Positions 6,530 to 16,740 of a stretch of 64,000 nt of DNA are shown here, one piece after another. The notes beneath the pieces are model-generated. The model was not told the origin of the DNA and did not search any database. It worked only from the letters and a program-made list of their open reading frames with translations. The DNA comes from Chthoniobacter flavus (GTDB taxonomy: Bacteria; Verrucomicrobiota; Verrucomicrobiia; Chthoniobacterales; JACTMZ01), in the NCBI GenBank assembly GCA_945878135.1, contig CAMDUL010000004.1:48044-112043 (forward strand), given 5' to 3'. A program made the translations under genes and the position numbers. The number at the start of each line of letters is the position of its first letter. The stretch's first letter is position 1.

Positions 6530-7308
6530 TTCCCGAGCAGGATAACCAAAGCGATCCCTTCTATGTGGAGGTCCTGCGGGCGGCGCTGCGCGACGGCGCC
6601 CTGCGGGCTGAAGATCGTGTTCTCGTCGTTTGCGGCGGCGTCAAAGATGAAGCATCTTTGCGCGAAGCTGGTCTTCGGAATTTCGAGCTATCGAACATCG
6701 GTGGCGAAATGGAAGTTGATGTCGAAAATCTGTCTTATGCCGAGGGCTCCTTCGATGCCGTCATCGTGCATTCCGGATTGCACCACTGCGCGTCGCCCCA
6801 CCGCGGCTTGCTCGAGATGTATCGGGTGGCTAAGCGGTGCATCATTCTTTTCGAGCCGGCGGACAATCTGGTTACCCGGTTAGGTCAGAAGCTCGGTATC
6901 GGTCAGACCTACGAATTTGCCGCCGTGCAGTGCAACCGTCTAGAGTGCGGGGGCTGGCGCAACACCTCGGCGCCGAACTGGGTCTACCGCTTCAACGCGT
7001 CTGAAATCCGGCAGACGATCAATTGCGCGGCGCCGTTCGGTCCGCACCGCTTCCGGTTCCATTACCGCACCCGTGTTCCGTGGCGCCAATTGCGCGTGCG
7101 GCGCAACAAGCTTCCGCTCGTCATGGCGATGCTTGCCGCGCCCGTGTTGCGTGTATTTGACGCCGTCGGCCCCGTGGCCAGCAATAACATGGCGGCGGTG
7201 ATCGTGAAGCCGGATCTCACCGCAGAAAAATTTCCTTGGCTGGAGAAGTCTGGTTCACAGTGGATAGCGGACCGCGGCTGGTTCCGCGGGAAATTCGGGC
7301 CCTCTTGA
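6526..7308 (+). CDS. class I SAM-dependent methyltransferase (Methyltransf_11-like)
   Basis: DRVLVVCGGVKDEASL...NLSYAEGSFDAVIVHSGLHHCASPHRGLLEMYRVAKRCIILFEP. ATG at 6526 overlaps the GT2 stop. Confidence 0.75.
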   Translation: MIPEQDNQSDPFYVEVLRAALRDGALRAEDRVLVVCGGVKDEASLREAGLRNFELSNIGGEMEVDVENLSYAEGSFDAVIVHSGLHHCASPHRGLLEMYRVAKRCIILFEPADNLVTRLGQKLGIGQTYEFAAVQCNRLECGGWRNTSAPNWVYRFNASEIRQTINCAAPFGPHRFRFHYRTRVPWRQLRVRRNKLPLVMAMLAAPVLRVFDAVGPVASNNMAAVIVKPDLTAEKFPWLEKSGSQWIADRGWFRGKFGPS

Positions 7309-7468
7309 CTTGAAGTGCGGGTTGCAAGCGGTCCAAAGGTACGCTGTTCGTGTCGGATCGTTCCTGCTGATGCGCAACCTTTCCGTCCCGCGAAGCGATG
7401 GTGCGTTCAGGGCGAGAAACGGAAACACCGGGCGTTGAGGCCCGGTGTGGCGTGGTTGCGGCGATCTG

Positions 7469-7500
7469 ACGGTTGGAGAATATGCCAACTGTCTAACAGT
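7469..7500. repeat. P element copy P4, degenerate (5 mismatches in 32)
   Basis: ACGGTTGGAGAATATGCCAACTGTCTAACAGT, centre TGCC. Sits at the left GC transition. Confidence 0.7.
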
Positions 7501-7972
7501 GCGCTCCGTTTAGGGCGTCAGGTGGTACGCAATTGGTATTCGGGTTGAGAACGAAGCCATTAGACGGTTTCATCGACGCTCTTTTGGCGGAAGTTTTAAA
7601 GTGCCATGGAGGGTTACGGAGGTGTCTTGGTATCCGACATCATAATGCTCTGAATGTGCAAGATCCAACGTGGCTGTATTGCAGCCAGTTTTGTAAGGTG
7701 ACCACCAGACGACTTGGTTGCTCACGGCAGGCAGCTTGCAATACTGGGACCGCGTCAACATGGGTTAGAACATTAACTGCACTCCAACTGAGATGTGCCT
7801 CAGGATTCTTTCTTAGGATGACATGCAGAGGCGGAAGTCGGATTGCGCATTAGTCGTATTTTCAGCCGAATATTCTGTTGATGGTTACTTAAGCAATAGT
7901 AGCATAGAAACGCAAAACTTGCAGCTACTTGTTGCTTTGGAGATAAGTTCCATATTCATTAATTTGTCATTT

Positions 7973-8611
7973 ATGCCATTCCGGCCGGAAAACCTGATTC
8001 GCGCCAACCGGGACCAAGTAGCTTCCGAGAAAGATAGCTTTACTATCGAGAGGTATCGACAGTTTGCCAAATACCTGCAGCAAACGACACAACGCATCTT
8101 GGATATCGGGGGCGGGGTAGGCGAGGGAGGACGTGAATTGAAGCGACTTCAGCCTGGCCTATCGCTGGTGGGCTTAGACTGCGTTCCCGAGCGGGTCGAG
8201 GCGATGGATTCGGTTGTTTATGCAGAGAGAGTGTGCGCTTTTGCCGACAATCTTCCGTTCCCTGATGGCTCTTTCGATGCGATCGTCGCCGGGGAATTTA
8301 TCGAGCATGTTCCAGGAGCGTCGGTTGATGCTACCCTCCACGAGTTTTTCCGTGTTCTGCGATTGAGGGGCACTTTGCTGCTCACAACCCCAAACCCTTA
8401 CTACTTAAGAAATAAGCTACAAGGACTTAGTGTGATTAAGGATCCGGCCCACGTCAGTCAACATTATCCCGAAACTCTGGAACTTAGGCTCAAGATGGCT
8501 GGTTTCTCCCACATTTGGATCAAAGGCTCGGGAAAGGTGACGCGCTATCTGGGTGAGATTTGGCCGCTCAGGATTTACGGCAGTTTTTTGTGCTCGGCTT
8601 TGAAATGGTGA
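7973..8611 (+). CDS. class I SAM-dependent methyltransferase (Methyltransf_11-like)
   Basis: RILDIGGGVGEGGRELKRL...FADNLPFPDGSFDAIVAGEFIEHVPGASVDATLHEFFRVLRLRGTLLLTTPN. ATG at 7973 chosen from the longer ORF. Confidence 0.8.
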   Translation: MPFRPENLIRANRDQVASEKDSFTIERYRQFAKYLQQTTQRILDIGGGVGEGGRELKRLQPGLSLVGLDCVPERVEAMDSVVYAERVCAFADNLPFPDGSFDAIVAGEFIEHVPGASVDATLHEFFRVLRLRGTLLLTTPNPYYLRNKLQGLSVIKDPAHVSQHYPETLELRLKMAGFSHIWIKGSGKVTRYLGEIWPLRIYGSFLCSALKW

Positions 8612-8820
8612 CGATTGGGAAAATCTCGTCTTGCCGTTGTCTCAACAAATAAAGATCGATTTAACACAGTCAGTGACTCAACGGAAAATGAACCTTCAAA
8701 ATATCTCAGTCAACCAAATTGCGATCAGCGCTTCTCTTTTCCTTGGTTCGCTGCTGGCGGCGGAGTTGCGAACTGAAGGAGAGTCAGGAACCGCGAACCT
8801 AGGTGCATTATTGCGTTGTC

Positions 8821-8852
8821 ACTGCTCGACAGTTTGCCAATAGCCCAACAGT
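8821..8852. repeat. P element copy P5, degenerate (5 mismatches in 32)
   Basis: ACTGCTCGACAGTTTGCCAATAGCCCAACAGT, centre TGCC. Lies between the convergent methyltransferase and epimerase genes. Confidence 0.7.
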
Positions 8853-8871
8853 GCACCGGAGGGCACGGGAG

Positions 8872-9855
8872 TCAGGTTGCGGTTTCGTACTCGGACTGGG
8901 TTCGAAGCCAGATGATGGTTTCGTCTATGCCTTGTTGGAGGGAGAACTTGGGTTGTCCTAGGAGGGCAAAGGTTTTGTCCATGGGGGTCACGTAGTTGGT
9001 GACCATGCTACGGTAGCGGGAGGAAGTGATGTAGAACGGCCTCCCGGTCAGAGCTGTGATAAGGTCGCCGACGAGGCTGGCGGTGCGAAGGATGGGACGC
9101 GGGACTTTGCGGGCGGATTGGCCGCGGAGAGCACGGCAGAAGGCGTCGGCCCAGTGGTAGATGTCAGAGGCGGGATCGCCCACATAGAAAGTTTGGCGGT
9201 CGACTTTTTCCGCAGGCTCCTCGAGTAGGGCAACCATTTGGTCGGCCACATTACCCACATACCCGTAGCACCGCACGACCGGTTTGCCACCGGGATGCAC
9301 GTAGAGACCCTTTCGCGCAATGCGCCAGAATTCCTGCGGGTAGCGTGGATGCCAAGGACCCCAGATGTTGGTCGGCCGGACCATGACCCACTCGCAGTCA
9401 AGACCGGCCCGACGGGTTTCCTGCTCGGTGATGACCTTGCTTTTTCCGTAGACGGTGGCGGGAAAGTAGTCCTCATCGTGGGCAGGGAGGCGTCCGGGCC
9501 CGCAAACAAATTGCGACGAGCACATGAGCAGACGCCGGACCGATGGGGTGGCTTGGACGGCGGCGAGGAAATTGCGCGTGCCCTGCGTATTGGCGCGAAA
9601 TCCCGTCTCGGCGGATGTCTTCTCGTCCATTTCGGTCCGCGCGGCGAGATGCATGACTTGGTCCGGGCCGAAAGCCGTCATGGTTTCCCGTAGCAAACCG
9701 GCGTCGAGAATATCCACCTCCCTCCAGAACGGCCGGTGTGCCGCCTCGTGCGGGGCTTGGTTGGAGACGTTCATGACCTCGTGGCCTTTGGTAAGCAACC
9801 GACTGACTACATGAGTCCCGATGAAGCCGGAACCACCAGTAATAAGAATTTTCAT
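8872..9855 (-). CDS. NAD-dependent epimerase/dehydratase (extended SDR)
   Basis: MKILITGGSGFIGTHVVSRLL is a Rossmann motif; YGKSK matches the catalytic YxxxK. Confidence 0.85.
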   Translation of the reverse strand: MKILITGGSGFIGTHVVSRLLTKGHEVMNVSNQAPHEAAHRPFWREVDILDAGLLRETMTAFGPDQVMHLAARTEMDEKTSAETGFRANTQGTRNFLAAVQATPSVRRLLMCSSQFVCGPGRLPAHDEDYFPATVYGKSKVITEQETRRAGLDCEWVMVRPTNIWGPWHPRYPQEFWRIARKGLYVHPGGKPVVRCYGYVGNVADQMVALLEEPAEKVDRQTFYVGDPASDIYHWADAFCRALRGQSARKVPRPILRTASLVGDLITALTGRPFYITSSRYRSMVTNYVTPMDKTFALLGQPKFSLQQGIDETIIWLRTQSEYETAT

Positions 9856-9922
9856 GAAGGCACTTTGAATGTATCAAGATGTCTGGTCTCTGAGTTGGCA
9901 TTTTGCAATTGTCAGAGTTCTC

Positions 9923-11056
9923 ATGTCACGAGCAGCGAAGCCAATAGTTGTGATCGCCGGGCAGAAGCCTCCTCCCACTGGAGGGCAAAATCTGATGATT
10001 GCCAGCCTCCTCGATGATCTACGCGGAGACCCTCGCTGGTTGACGGAACATCTTGAGTTTCGCTTCACGTCAACTTTCTCAACGGTTCGCCGAGCAAACT
10101 TGGCAAAAGTCTGGGAACTGCTGAAGGTTTACGGCCGACTGGCGCGCATCGTCTTTCGGTATAGGCGCGTAGATCTGGTGATTTATCCGAGTGGCGGCCC
10201 GCAAACAGTGCCGTTAGTCCGGGATATTATGTTGTTGCCCTTCGTCCGAATCGCTACCAAGCGACTTTGGGTCCAATTTCATGCAGCAGGCATTGCGAAT
10301 CGTCTCAAGGAACGGAAGGGAATATTAGAGGCTCTCCTAAAGCTCGTGTATCGTTCCGTCGATGGAGCGATTGTGATGACCGAGTTTAATCGTTGTGATC
10401 CAGAGTTGTTGGGAGTCAAGGATGTTGAGGTGATTCCGCACCGCCTGAAAGATGAAAACCCCCAAGGAGAGCTGCCCGACTATTCCAAACGGCCTCTGCG
10501 AATCCTTCATGCTGGCCATCTTTGCAGCCTCAAGGGCACGCCGCAACTCTTGGAGGCCTTTGGTCAGTTGGCCCACCAATTTCCGGATTGGCATCTTGTA
10601 CTAATGGGAGAATTCTTGCCGCCCTACAGCGAAAAAGAGTGCCTTGAACGGTGTCGCGAACTTGGAATACAGAAAAGGGTGGAGATCACGGGAGTTCTAC
10701 GGGGCACCGAAAAGGCATCGCATTTCGCCACAGCCCATCTGTTCGTTTTCGCCTCAGTAGCACCTTACGAGTCATTTGGTCTGGTTATGGCTGAGGCAAT
10801 GATGTGGGGATTACCCGTATTGGCGTCAAACTGGCGGGGCAATCATGATGTAGCCGGTGACAGCGCAGTCTATTTTGAGGTTGATTTAGAAATAGAATCA
10901 AAATTGGCTGAAAAACTGCAGATTCTCCTTGAACGCCCTCGGGCTTTGCGGTCTATCGCCAAGGAGTCGCGGAGACGATATGTTTCGGAATTTTGCAGGG
11001 ATCCCGAAGATATTAATTTTGTCTCACGCTTAATTGCGTCTCCCTCGAAACCGTAA
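9923..11056 (+). CDS. glycosyltransferase family 4 (GT-B fold)
   Basis: HLFVFASVAPYESFGLVMAEAMMWGLPVLASNWRGNHDV is the typical GT4 C-terminal motif. ATG at 9923. Confidence 0.8.
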   Translation: MSRAAKPIVVIAGQKPPPTGGQNLMIASLLDDLRGDPRWLTEHLEFRFTSTFSTVRRANLAKVWELLKVYGRLARIVFRYRRVDLVIYPSGGPQTVPLVRDIMLLPFVRIATKRLWVQFHAAGIANRLKERKGILEALLKLVYRSVDGAIVMTEFNRCDPELLGVKDVEVIPHRLKDENPQGELPDYSKRPLRILHAGHLCSLKGTPQLLEAFGQLAHQFPDWHLVLMGEFLPPYSEKECLERCRELGIQKRVEITGVLRGTEKASHFATAHLFVFASVAPYESFGLVMAEAMMWGLPVLASNWRGNHDVAGDSAVYFEVDLEIESKLAEKLQILLERPRALRSIAKESRRRYVSEFCRDPEDINFVSRLIASPSKP

Positions 11057-11381
11057 ATAGCCTCTGCACTTTCAAATGCTTCACGCGGCGCAGCCACTTG
11101 CTCGTCCATAGCGTGCTGCCTGTGAATTGATTCGGGTGATAGAAGAGCTTAGCGATCCGGAGCGCAGCTGAGCTCTCTTATGGGTGCTGCTACACCCAGC
11201 AGCAGAACCAACCCCAGCAACCTACCAAATTTCTCATAGAGCCCAGCCCAAAAAGCGGGGTCGGATCAGCAGCACGCCACACTGCCGGGGAGTTGATGAT
11301 ACGCTTCGTGAGTTAGTGCATATTGTTTGCGCCCTAGACTGGACGTGGTCCGAAACAGGCCCTAGTAGTAAACGGGCTCTC

Positions 11382-12962
11382 ATGAATTTTCACAATATAT
11401 CGGCCAACCAAATCATTGTGTGGTCTGCATTGCTACTCGGGTTACTTGCGGCTGTCATGATTGGAAGCGCCGTGGGTAGCTCCGATATGCGTTTAGCTGC
11501 GGGCGTCGTTGCTGCGATTCCTATCGCTGTCATTTTTGTCAAACTAAAAACAAACATATGGGTGCTGATACCCCTTAGTTGGTTTCTCACGGGACGTTTG
11601 CCGTGGCTACCTGTGCCATTCACCGTGCGCGATCTGTGCTTCATGGCGGTTATTTTCTTTTTTACGCTTTTCTTTGCTACACGCGTTTTACCTTGGAAGC
11701 GCAAATCAGAGATGTTGGATTACCTCATTTATATCAACCTCGCATATCTTGCATCGGTATACGCACGTAATCCGGCAGGTTTCTGGGCGCTCCAGACCGA
11801 GATCGTCGGAGGCCGTCCGTATTTCGAGATCGTCCTGGCATTCGGTGCGTTTGCCATTCTGAGTCGCGTGCACATCACAGATTTTATCGCAAAAATATTC
11901 CCATTATTTTTTGTCATTCCAGCGTGGTGTGTCGGCATTCTTGATGTCACTGCGCGCTTGGTGCCTCGGTTGTCCTATCCACTGTCCATGATGTACTCCG
12001 GTGTGGGGTCGAGCGGTGTGACGAGTGTCTTCCAACAAGAAGAGAGGCTAGGCGAGACTCGAATGACAGGACTACAAACTGCGGGTTGGAGTTCGGTTTT
12101 GGCGCTCTACTCGAAATACAATTCGCTTACGCTTATTTCACCTCTCTTTCCCTTTCGCATTATACTTTTTATTTTTGCGCTTGGCGCCATATTTCTTTCG
12201 GGATATCGGAGTATGATTCTTTTTGCCATGGTGGCTTACCTGCTATCGTCGCTTCTGCGCGGTAACTTAAAAGACTTGTGGGTTGCTGGGGCGGCGATGC
12301 TTTTAGGCTTAGTGATGCTCGTCTCCGTCCAAGGCAGCTTGATTCAGTTACCGAAAACTGCTCAGCGCGCTCTCTCTTGGCTGCCAGGTGATTGGGATCA
12401 AGAAGCAGTCGCTGAGGCTGAAGACTCATCAACTTGGCGATTTGAAATGTGGGAGTGGGCATGGAATGACGAACGCATTATACGCGACAAAACGTGGGGC
12501 ACCGGGTTTGGTTTATCGTTGGATGACATGAGCTTGATTGCGGCATCGTTTATGGCGGGTGGAGGTGGCGGGACCCTTCTTGGCGGTTCGGATCGGGAAA
12601 ACTTCATGATTACGGGCACTTTTCACAGTGGACCTCTCTCAACAATTAAATACATCGGAGTCGTCGGCTTGGCGCTTTACTATCCCTTGCTCTGCTACAT
12701 GGCCGTGCTCGCGTGGCGACTGTGCCGGCGTGCTCAAGGAACAAAAGCGTTCCCTTTGGCCCTCTTTGTGGGGATTCCCATTATCTACGAACCGTTTAAT
12801 TTTGTTATGGTGTTTGGAGCTTTGGAGCTTAGTTACGTGAAAACGCTGTTTTGGGCGGGGTTGCTCAATATGACGAACAGTTACCTCAATCGCTCGACGC
12901 CGCCGTCCCGTGGCGTAGAGGTGCTAAATACCGGCGAAGCGAATAAACTCGCTTACTCGTGA
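11382..12962 (+). CDS. wzy: O-antigen polymerase/ligase-family polytopic membrane protein
   Basis: Many predicted TM helices, a large loop after about TM9-10, and a polysaccharide locus context. ATG at 11382 (MNFHNISANQIIVWSALLLG). Confidence 0.6.
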   Translation: MNFHNISANQIIVWSALLLGLLAAVMIGSAVGSSDMRLAAGVVAAIPIAVIFVKLKTNIWVLIPLSWFLTGRLPWLPVPFTVRDLCFMAVIFFFTLFFATRVLPWKRKSEMLDYLIYINLAYLASVYARNPAGFWALQTEIVGGRPYFEIVLAFGAFAILSRVHITDFIAKIFPLFFVIPAWCVGILDVTARLVPRLSYPLSMMYSGVGSSGVTSVFQQEERLGETRMTGLQTAGWSSVLALYSKYNSLTLISPLFPFRIILFIFALGAIFLSGYRSMILFAMVAYLLSSLLRGNLKDLWVAGAAMLLGLVMLVSVQGSLIQLPKTAQRALSWLPGDWDQEAVAEAEDSSTWRFEMWEWAWNDERIIRDKTWGTGFGLSLDDMSLIAASFMAGGGGGTLLGGSDRENFMITGTFHSGPLSTIKYIGVVGLALYYPLLCYMAVLAWRLCRRAQGTKAFPLALFVGIPIIYEPFNFVMVFGALELSYVKTLFWAGLLNMTNSYLNRSTPPSRGVEVLNTGEANKLAYS

Positions 12963-12998
12963 AGGTCGCTAAATTTAGCTCGAACGGGCGCAGGTTTG

Positions 12999-14048
12999 CT
13001 ATTTTTCGAGCGCACTAGTTAGCCAACGAAGTGATCTCTCCGCATGCTCTCCGATGAGCTCATTGGCAGACACCCAGTCAATTTTCCGATCAAGCGCAAC
13101 GTCAAGGCGTGAAGCCTTGGCCACAAAGCGATTCGACAAGCCGAGTTGCTTAAGCCAGTGGCTGGTCTTGTTGAGCATGTCCTCAGTGGCCAAGCAAACG
13201 AAAGGTTTGTTTTCTCTTATAGCAAATAGGGTCCCATGAAAGGTAGCGCTTACAATGCAGGCAGCCTGCCGACAGGCGGCGGGCCAAGCAAGGGGGCCGA
13301 TATCAGCACGATTCATGTCGCACCAAGGTTGGTGGTAACCGACCGCGACTGTCCGCAGTCCTTTTTTCTTCGCACACTCGGCAATGGCCTTGGCGGCGGA
13401 GGGTTCGACAATCGGAGCGTAAATGAGCATGTCGGAAGGTCCGATACCTCGGCAAGGCGCGCCGAGCCCTCGTGCGGTCGGCAGCCACGTTGGGTCAACC
13501 ACGTTCACTGCATCCACTGCGCAGATGTTTTGAAGCCAGTCTCGTGATGACTCGTCACGGACAGAAAGGTGATCGAAATGACGGATACCATTTATAATAT
13601 TTTGCGTGGGTTTGTAGTCCAGCCTCATACTACCAATGCTCGGTGCGTATGCGATACGCTTTCCCGTGAAAGAACGCGCAAACACGCCGGCGTAAACAGG
13701 GTCGCTGCCGAGACGCGCGTTCTGAAAGTTCCACACGACGTCACTACCAACGACAATCGCATCATAGTGTTGAGTGGGAATGCTGGAACTGGAGTGAAAG
13801 CGCTTGGAACGAGCCAGCAATTTTCGGTCCTCGCGAAATGCTAAGCGCTTGACTACATCAAACAACAACCGCCGCGGACGCCGGTAGATCCAAGGTCGAA
13901 ATCGCTCAGAATTCCTTAATCGCGGATGGGTATAGTCGATCACCTCGGCTTGGTGGCCACACTGTCTGATGCTGGCCAGCAGACTTGCAGCTTGTAGAAA
14001 CGCGCCGTGGTTGGGCCCGGCGTGGAAGGTAAGAACTCCGATACGCAT
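12999..14048 (-). CDS. polysaccharide pyruvyl transferase family protein
   Basis: MRIGVLTFHAGPNHGAFLQAASLLASIRQCGHQAEVIDY ... IVVGSDVVWNF is the PS_pyruv_trans pattern. A TTG at 14057 is an alternative start. Confidence 0.75.
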   Translation of the reverse strand: MRIGVLTFHAGPNHGAFLQAASLLASIRQCGHQAEVIDYTHPRLRNSERFRPWIYRRPRRLLFDVVKRLAFREDRKLLARSKRFHSSSSIPTQHYDAIVVGSDVVWNFQNARLGSDPVYAGVFARSFTGKRIAYAPSIGSMRLDYKPTQNIINGIRHFDHLSVRDESSRDWLQNICAVDAVNVVDPTWLPTARGLGAPCRGIGPSDMLIYAPIVEPSAAKAIAECAKKKGLRTVAVGYHQPWCDMNRADIGPLAWPAACRQAACIVSATFHGTLFAIRENKPFVCLATEDMLNKTSHWLKQLGLSNRFVAKASRLDVALDRKIDWVSANELIGEHAERSLRWLTSALEK

Positions 14049-14058
14049 ACGCGTCAAT

Positions 14059-15141
14059 TCAGGGATTCAGGCTTATGGTGTTGGAGCCGGCGCGGGCGAT
14101 CAATCTGGACAAGCGCAAAAGCATATTCCCAAACAAAGTTTTGCGGGGTGACATCATATCGGGCCGCCTTGGTATAACGATCTTGAGGAGGGAGGCTAAA
14201 TGCTCAGCGATAACCCACTGTCCCTCAGCGCTCGGATAATTTCCCTGCTCCATGTAAGAGCTTGGGTTTGTCATGAGTAAACTGTGTATATCAACCAATT
14301 TGATGTGAGTTCCGCGCAGGCGCTGGCTGAGTGCCTTGTTCCATTCCGAGACATGAGCCTCCAGTGACTTCACCGGAGGCAGATTTGCGATCCACACATC
14401 CCGTGCACCAGCGCCCTCCAGCACGGTCAAAAGTTTGTCAACATTTCGCAGGAGAGATTCGATTCCGTGGCCTTCGATCAGGTCGTCTGTTCCCATCGCG
14501 ACAATCACGTTGGTATTTCGTATTCGTGGAGCAAGTCTCACCGCTAATGTGAGCACTCGTCTGCTGTTGGCCGCGGCAACACAAGCGTTCAGATAGCGGA
14601 GAGTTGTTCCGAATAGCAACTCCGGCCAACTGACAAAGTGCCGATTAGGCCACCGATTGTTGCTGAAGCCGTCACCAAGCACTATCCACTCAAGATCTTG
14701 CTTAGGGCGATGGGCGATCTCAATACTAGGCCTTGAGAGCCGGCTTCGTCCGGCCACCCCGAAGCCCCATTCTCCCTCCGCATTGCCATCATGAAGCACA
14801 CTAATTAAACCATAGCCGGAAGAACTGACTGATAGAAAGTCCGCATCTTGAAGAATCTCGAGGGCCGCATTCTCCGGAAGTCGTACCAGAACATGGTTGA
14901 GGTACACCGGTATACCGTCCTTGATGTGATAAACGGCAATAAGTCCGCGTTGCCGGCATACTTTGACCAGAAAATGGCAGCCAACGCCTTGAAAACCAAA
15001 AACAAAGTGACCGGCGTTCCGGTCCAGTAGCGGCAAGTGATATGTAACTTGGCAATCGCGGGCGCTTTCCGTGCCGAGCAAAACATAGCCGGGACCGAGA
15101 ATTTGTCCGTGATAGTGAGTTGCGCCTTTAATTAGCTTCAT
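14059..15141 (-). CDS. SGNH/GDSL-type hydrolase-fold protein with an unknown N-terminal domain
   Basis: C-terminal half reads WIVLGDGFSNN...VIVAMGTDDLIEGHG...WIANLPP...KLVDIHSLL. N-terminal about 150 aa unassigned. Confidence 0.5.
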   Translation of the reverse strand: MKLIKGATHYHGQILGPGYVLLGTESARDCQVTYHLPLLDRNAGHFVFGFQGVGCHFLVKVCRQRGLIAVYHIKDGIPVYLNHVLVRLPENAALEILQDADFLSVSSSGYGLISVLHDGNAEGEWGFGVAGRSRLSRPSIEIAHRPKQDLEWIVLGDGFSNNRWPNRHFVSWPELLFGTTLRYLNACVAAANSRRVLTLAVRLAPRIRNTNVIVAMGTDDLIEGHGIESLLRNVDKLLTVLEGAGARDVWIANLPPVKSLEAHVSEWNKALSQRLRGTHIKLVDIHSLLMTNPSSYMEQGNYPSAEGQWVIAEHLASLLKIVIPRRPDMMSPRKTLFGNMLLRLSRLIARAGSNTISLNP

Positions 15142-15168
15142 AAATCCGTTACCTATCCTTATTAGAAG

Positions 15169-16653
15169 TCACGATCGGGTCAGCAGCGGGCCGTAAAGTT
15201 GCCGGCTCAGGAAAAAGACGGTAATCGCGCCGACAGCCAAGGCGAGCAAGCTGCTGGAAAAGGATAACGTGTTTCCCATGCCGGTTTGGCTACCAAGCAA
15301 AAGCCAGGCAAGCAGGAAGCCGAGCAACGCCGGTAAAAGTTGCTTGATCCCGAGTAGCCAGCGGCGTGAACCGAATGCCCTTTGATAGACAAGCACACGG
15401 CTGACAATTGCGATGGGGAGGCCGGCCAACCGTGAAACAGCGGCACCAATCACACCTACCCAGCCAATGAGCAAATATCCGCCAAGCGCAATACTCAGCC
15501 CGCTCGCTAAGGCGGCGAAGGCGGCCAACCGAAAGTGCCCCATACCGAACATCAGATACGAAGGGAGAATGCTAGTCGATGTGAGGGCATTACTTAAGGC
15601 CAAGATTCGGAGAGCGGTAGCGATCTCTGCCGGCACATCCTGCCGCAACCACATTTCCAAGATAAACGGAGCCCAGATAAACAGAATCAGAGAAGCAGTT
15701 GTCCCCAACATTGTGGCGATGAACATCCCACGATTGAAAAGAGCAAGTCGGGCGGGATCGTTGGCCGAGAGGGACGCGAATTTGGGGAAGGTGAATGCGA
15801 GGGTCTGAGCTAAAATGGAGTGAGCCAGTTGGGCAAGCTGCAAGCAGGCGGCATAATAAGCGAGCACCGCGGGCCCCAAGAAGAGCGAGACCAACAGCCG
15901 GTCGGCCTGAGTCGACAATGTGCCAGCCAAACCTTGCAGCCAGCCATACAAGCTTAGGTTTAAGAACTCCCTGAGACTGTGTGCGTGGATCCATGGCACA
16001 AGCCAAACAGATCTCTGCAGGAGTCGGCAAACAGTCCATATGCCGATCAAAAGAATCGCCGTTAACACCATAGTTTGACCAATGATCATGCCGCCCAGCG
16101 AGCCACCAAACGCAACAATCGAACAGTAAGTGATTACGTTGGCCGAGCCACTGATGACACGTAGGAAGGATGACAGGTCGTAGCGCTCAAAACCGCGGAC
16201 TACGCCATCAAGAGCGGAAAAAAGGAACTGCATGGCTACGCCAAGCACGAAGATCGGTAGAAACGGGGCAAGAGCAGATAACATGCGCGGCGGCACGCCA
16301 AGCCAGCCCAGAAACGGTTCCCCGAGAAAAAAAAGAGCGACAGCCAACAGAATGACAAGGACAAGATAGAGTCCCCAAGCTGTTTGGATGACCCGAAGCA
16401 ACGTCTCCGACTCTTGTGTGCCGCGATAGCGGGCCACATAGAGAGTGGTAGCCGGACCGATGCCAAAGTCGGCCAAACCGGCAATGGTGAAAAGATTCGA
16501 GAGGAGTGTCCAGACACCGAAACCTTCCGCTCCTAATCTGCTCAAGAGAAAGGGTGTCGCAAAAAAGTAGAGGGCCGGAATAGCGAGCGCGGCAAAGCCA
16601 CTGGAGGAGGCGTTGCGGAGACTCCGTGAGGATGAAATCAAGCGAAGCGCCAT
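15169..16653 (-). CDS. wzx: oligosaccharide/polysaccharide flippase (MOP superfamily)
   Basis: 494 aa, about 12-14 TM helices. The N-terminal pattern matches Wzx-type flippases, and the locus context agrees. Confidence 0.7.
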   Translation of the reverse strand: MALRLISSSRSLRNASSSGFAALAIPALYFFATPFLLSRLGAEGFGVWTLLSNLFTIAGLADFGIGPATTLYVARYRGTQESETLLRVIQTAWGLYLVLVILLAVALFFLGEPFLGWLGVPPRMLSALAPFLPIFVLGVAMQFLFSALDGVVRGFERYDLSSFLRVISGSANVITYCSIVAFGGSLGGMIIGQTMVLTAILLIGIWTVCRLLQRSVWLVPWIHAHSLREFLNLSLYGWLQGLAGTLSTQADRLLVSLFLGPAVLAYYAACLQLAQLAHSILAQTLAFTFPKFASLSANDPARLALFNRGMFIATMLGTTASLILFIWAPFILEMWLRQDVPAEIATALRILALSNALTSTSILPSYLMFGMGHFRLAAFAALASGLSIALGGYLLIGWVGVIGAAVSRLAGLPIAIVSRVLVYQRAFGSRRWLLGIKQLLPALLGFLLAWLLLGSQTGMGNTLSFSSSLLALAVGAITVFFLSRQLYGPLLTRS

Positions 16654-16740
16654 GAATTAATTGCAGCGAGGCGTTGGTCCTCGGCACGAAAAAGGTCAGG
16701 TGTTCGTTTGCTGAACACAAGATACCAATCGGACGGAGGG

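Noticed and set aside
7501-7972. Possible transposase or integrase remnant in the 660-nt gap at the left GC transition (ORFs 7533-7853 +, 7570-7761 -).
   Set aside because: The translations show no recognisable recombinase motifs, and all frames are broken by stops. I cannot support any call beyond non-coding or decayed DNA.
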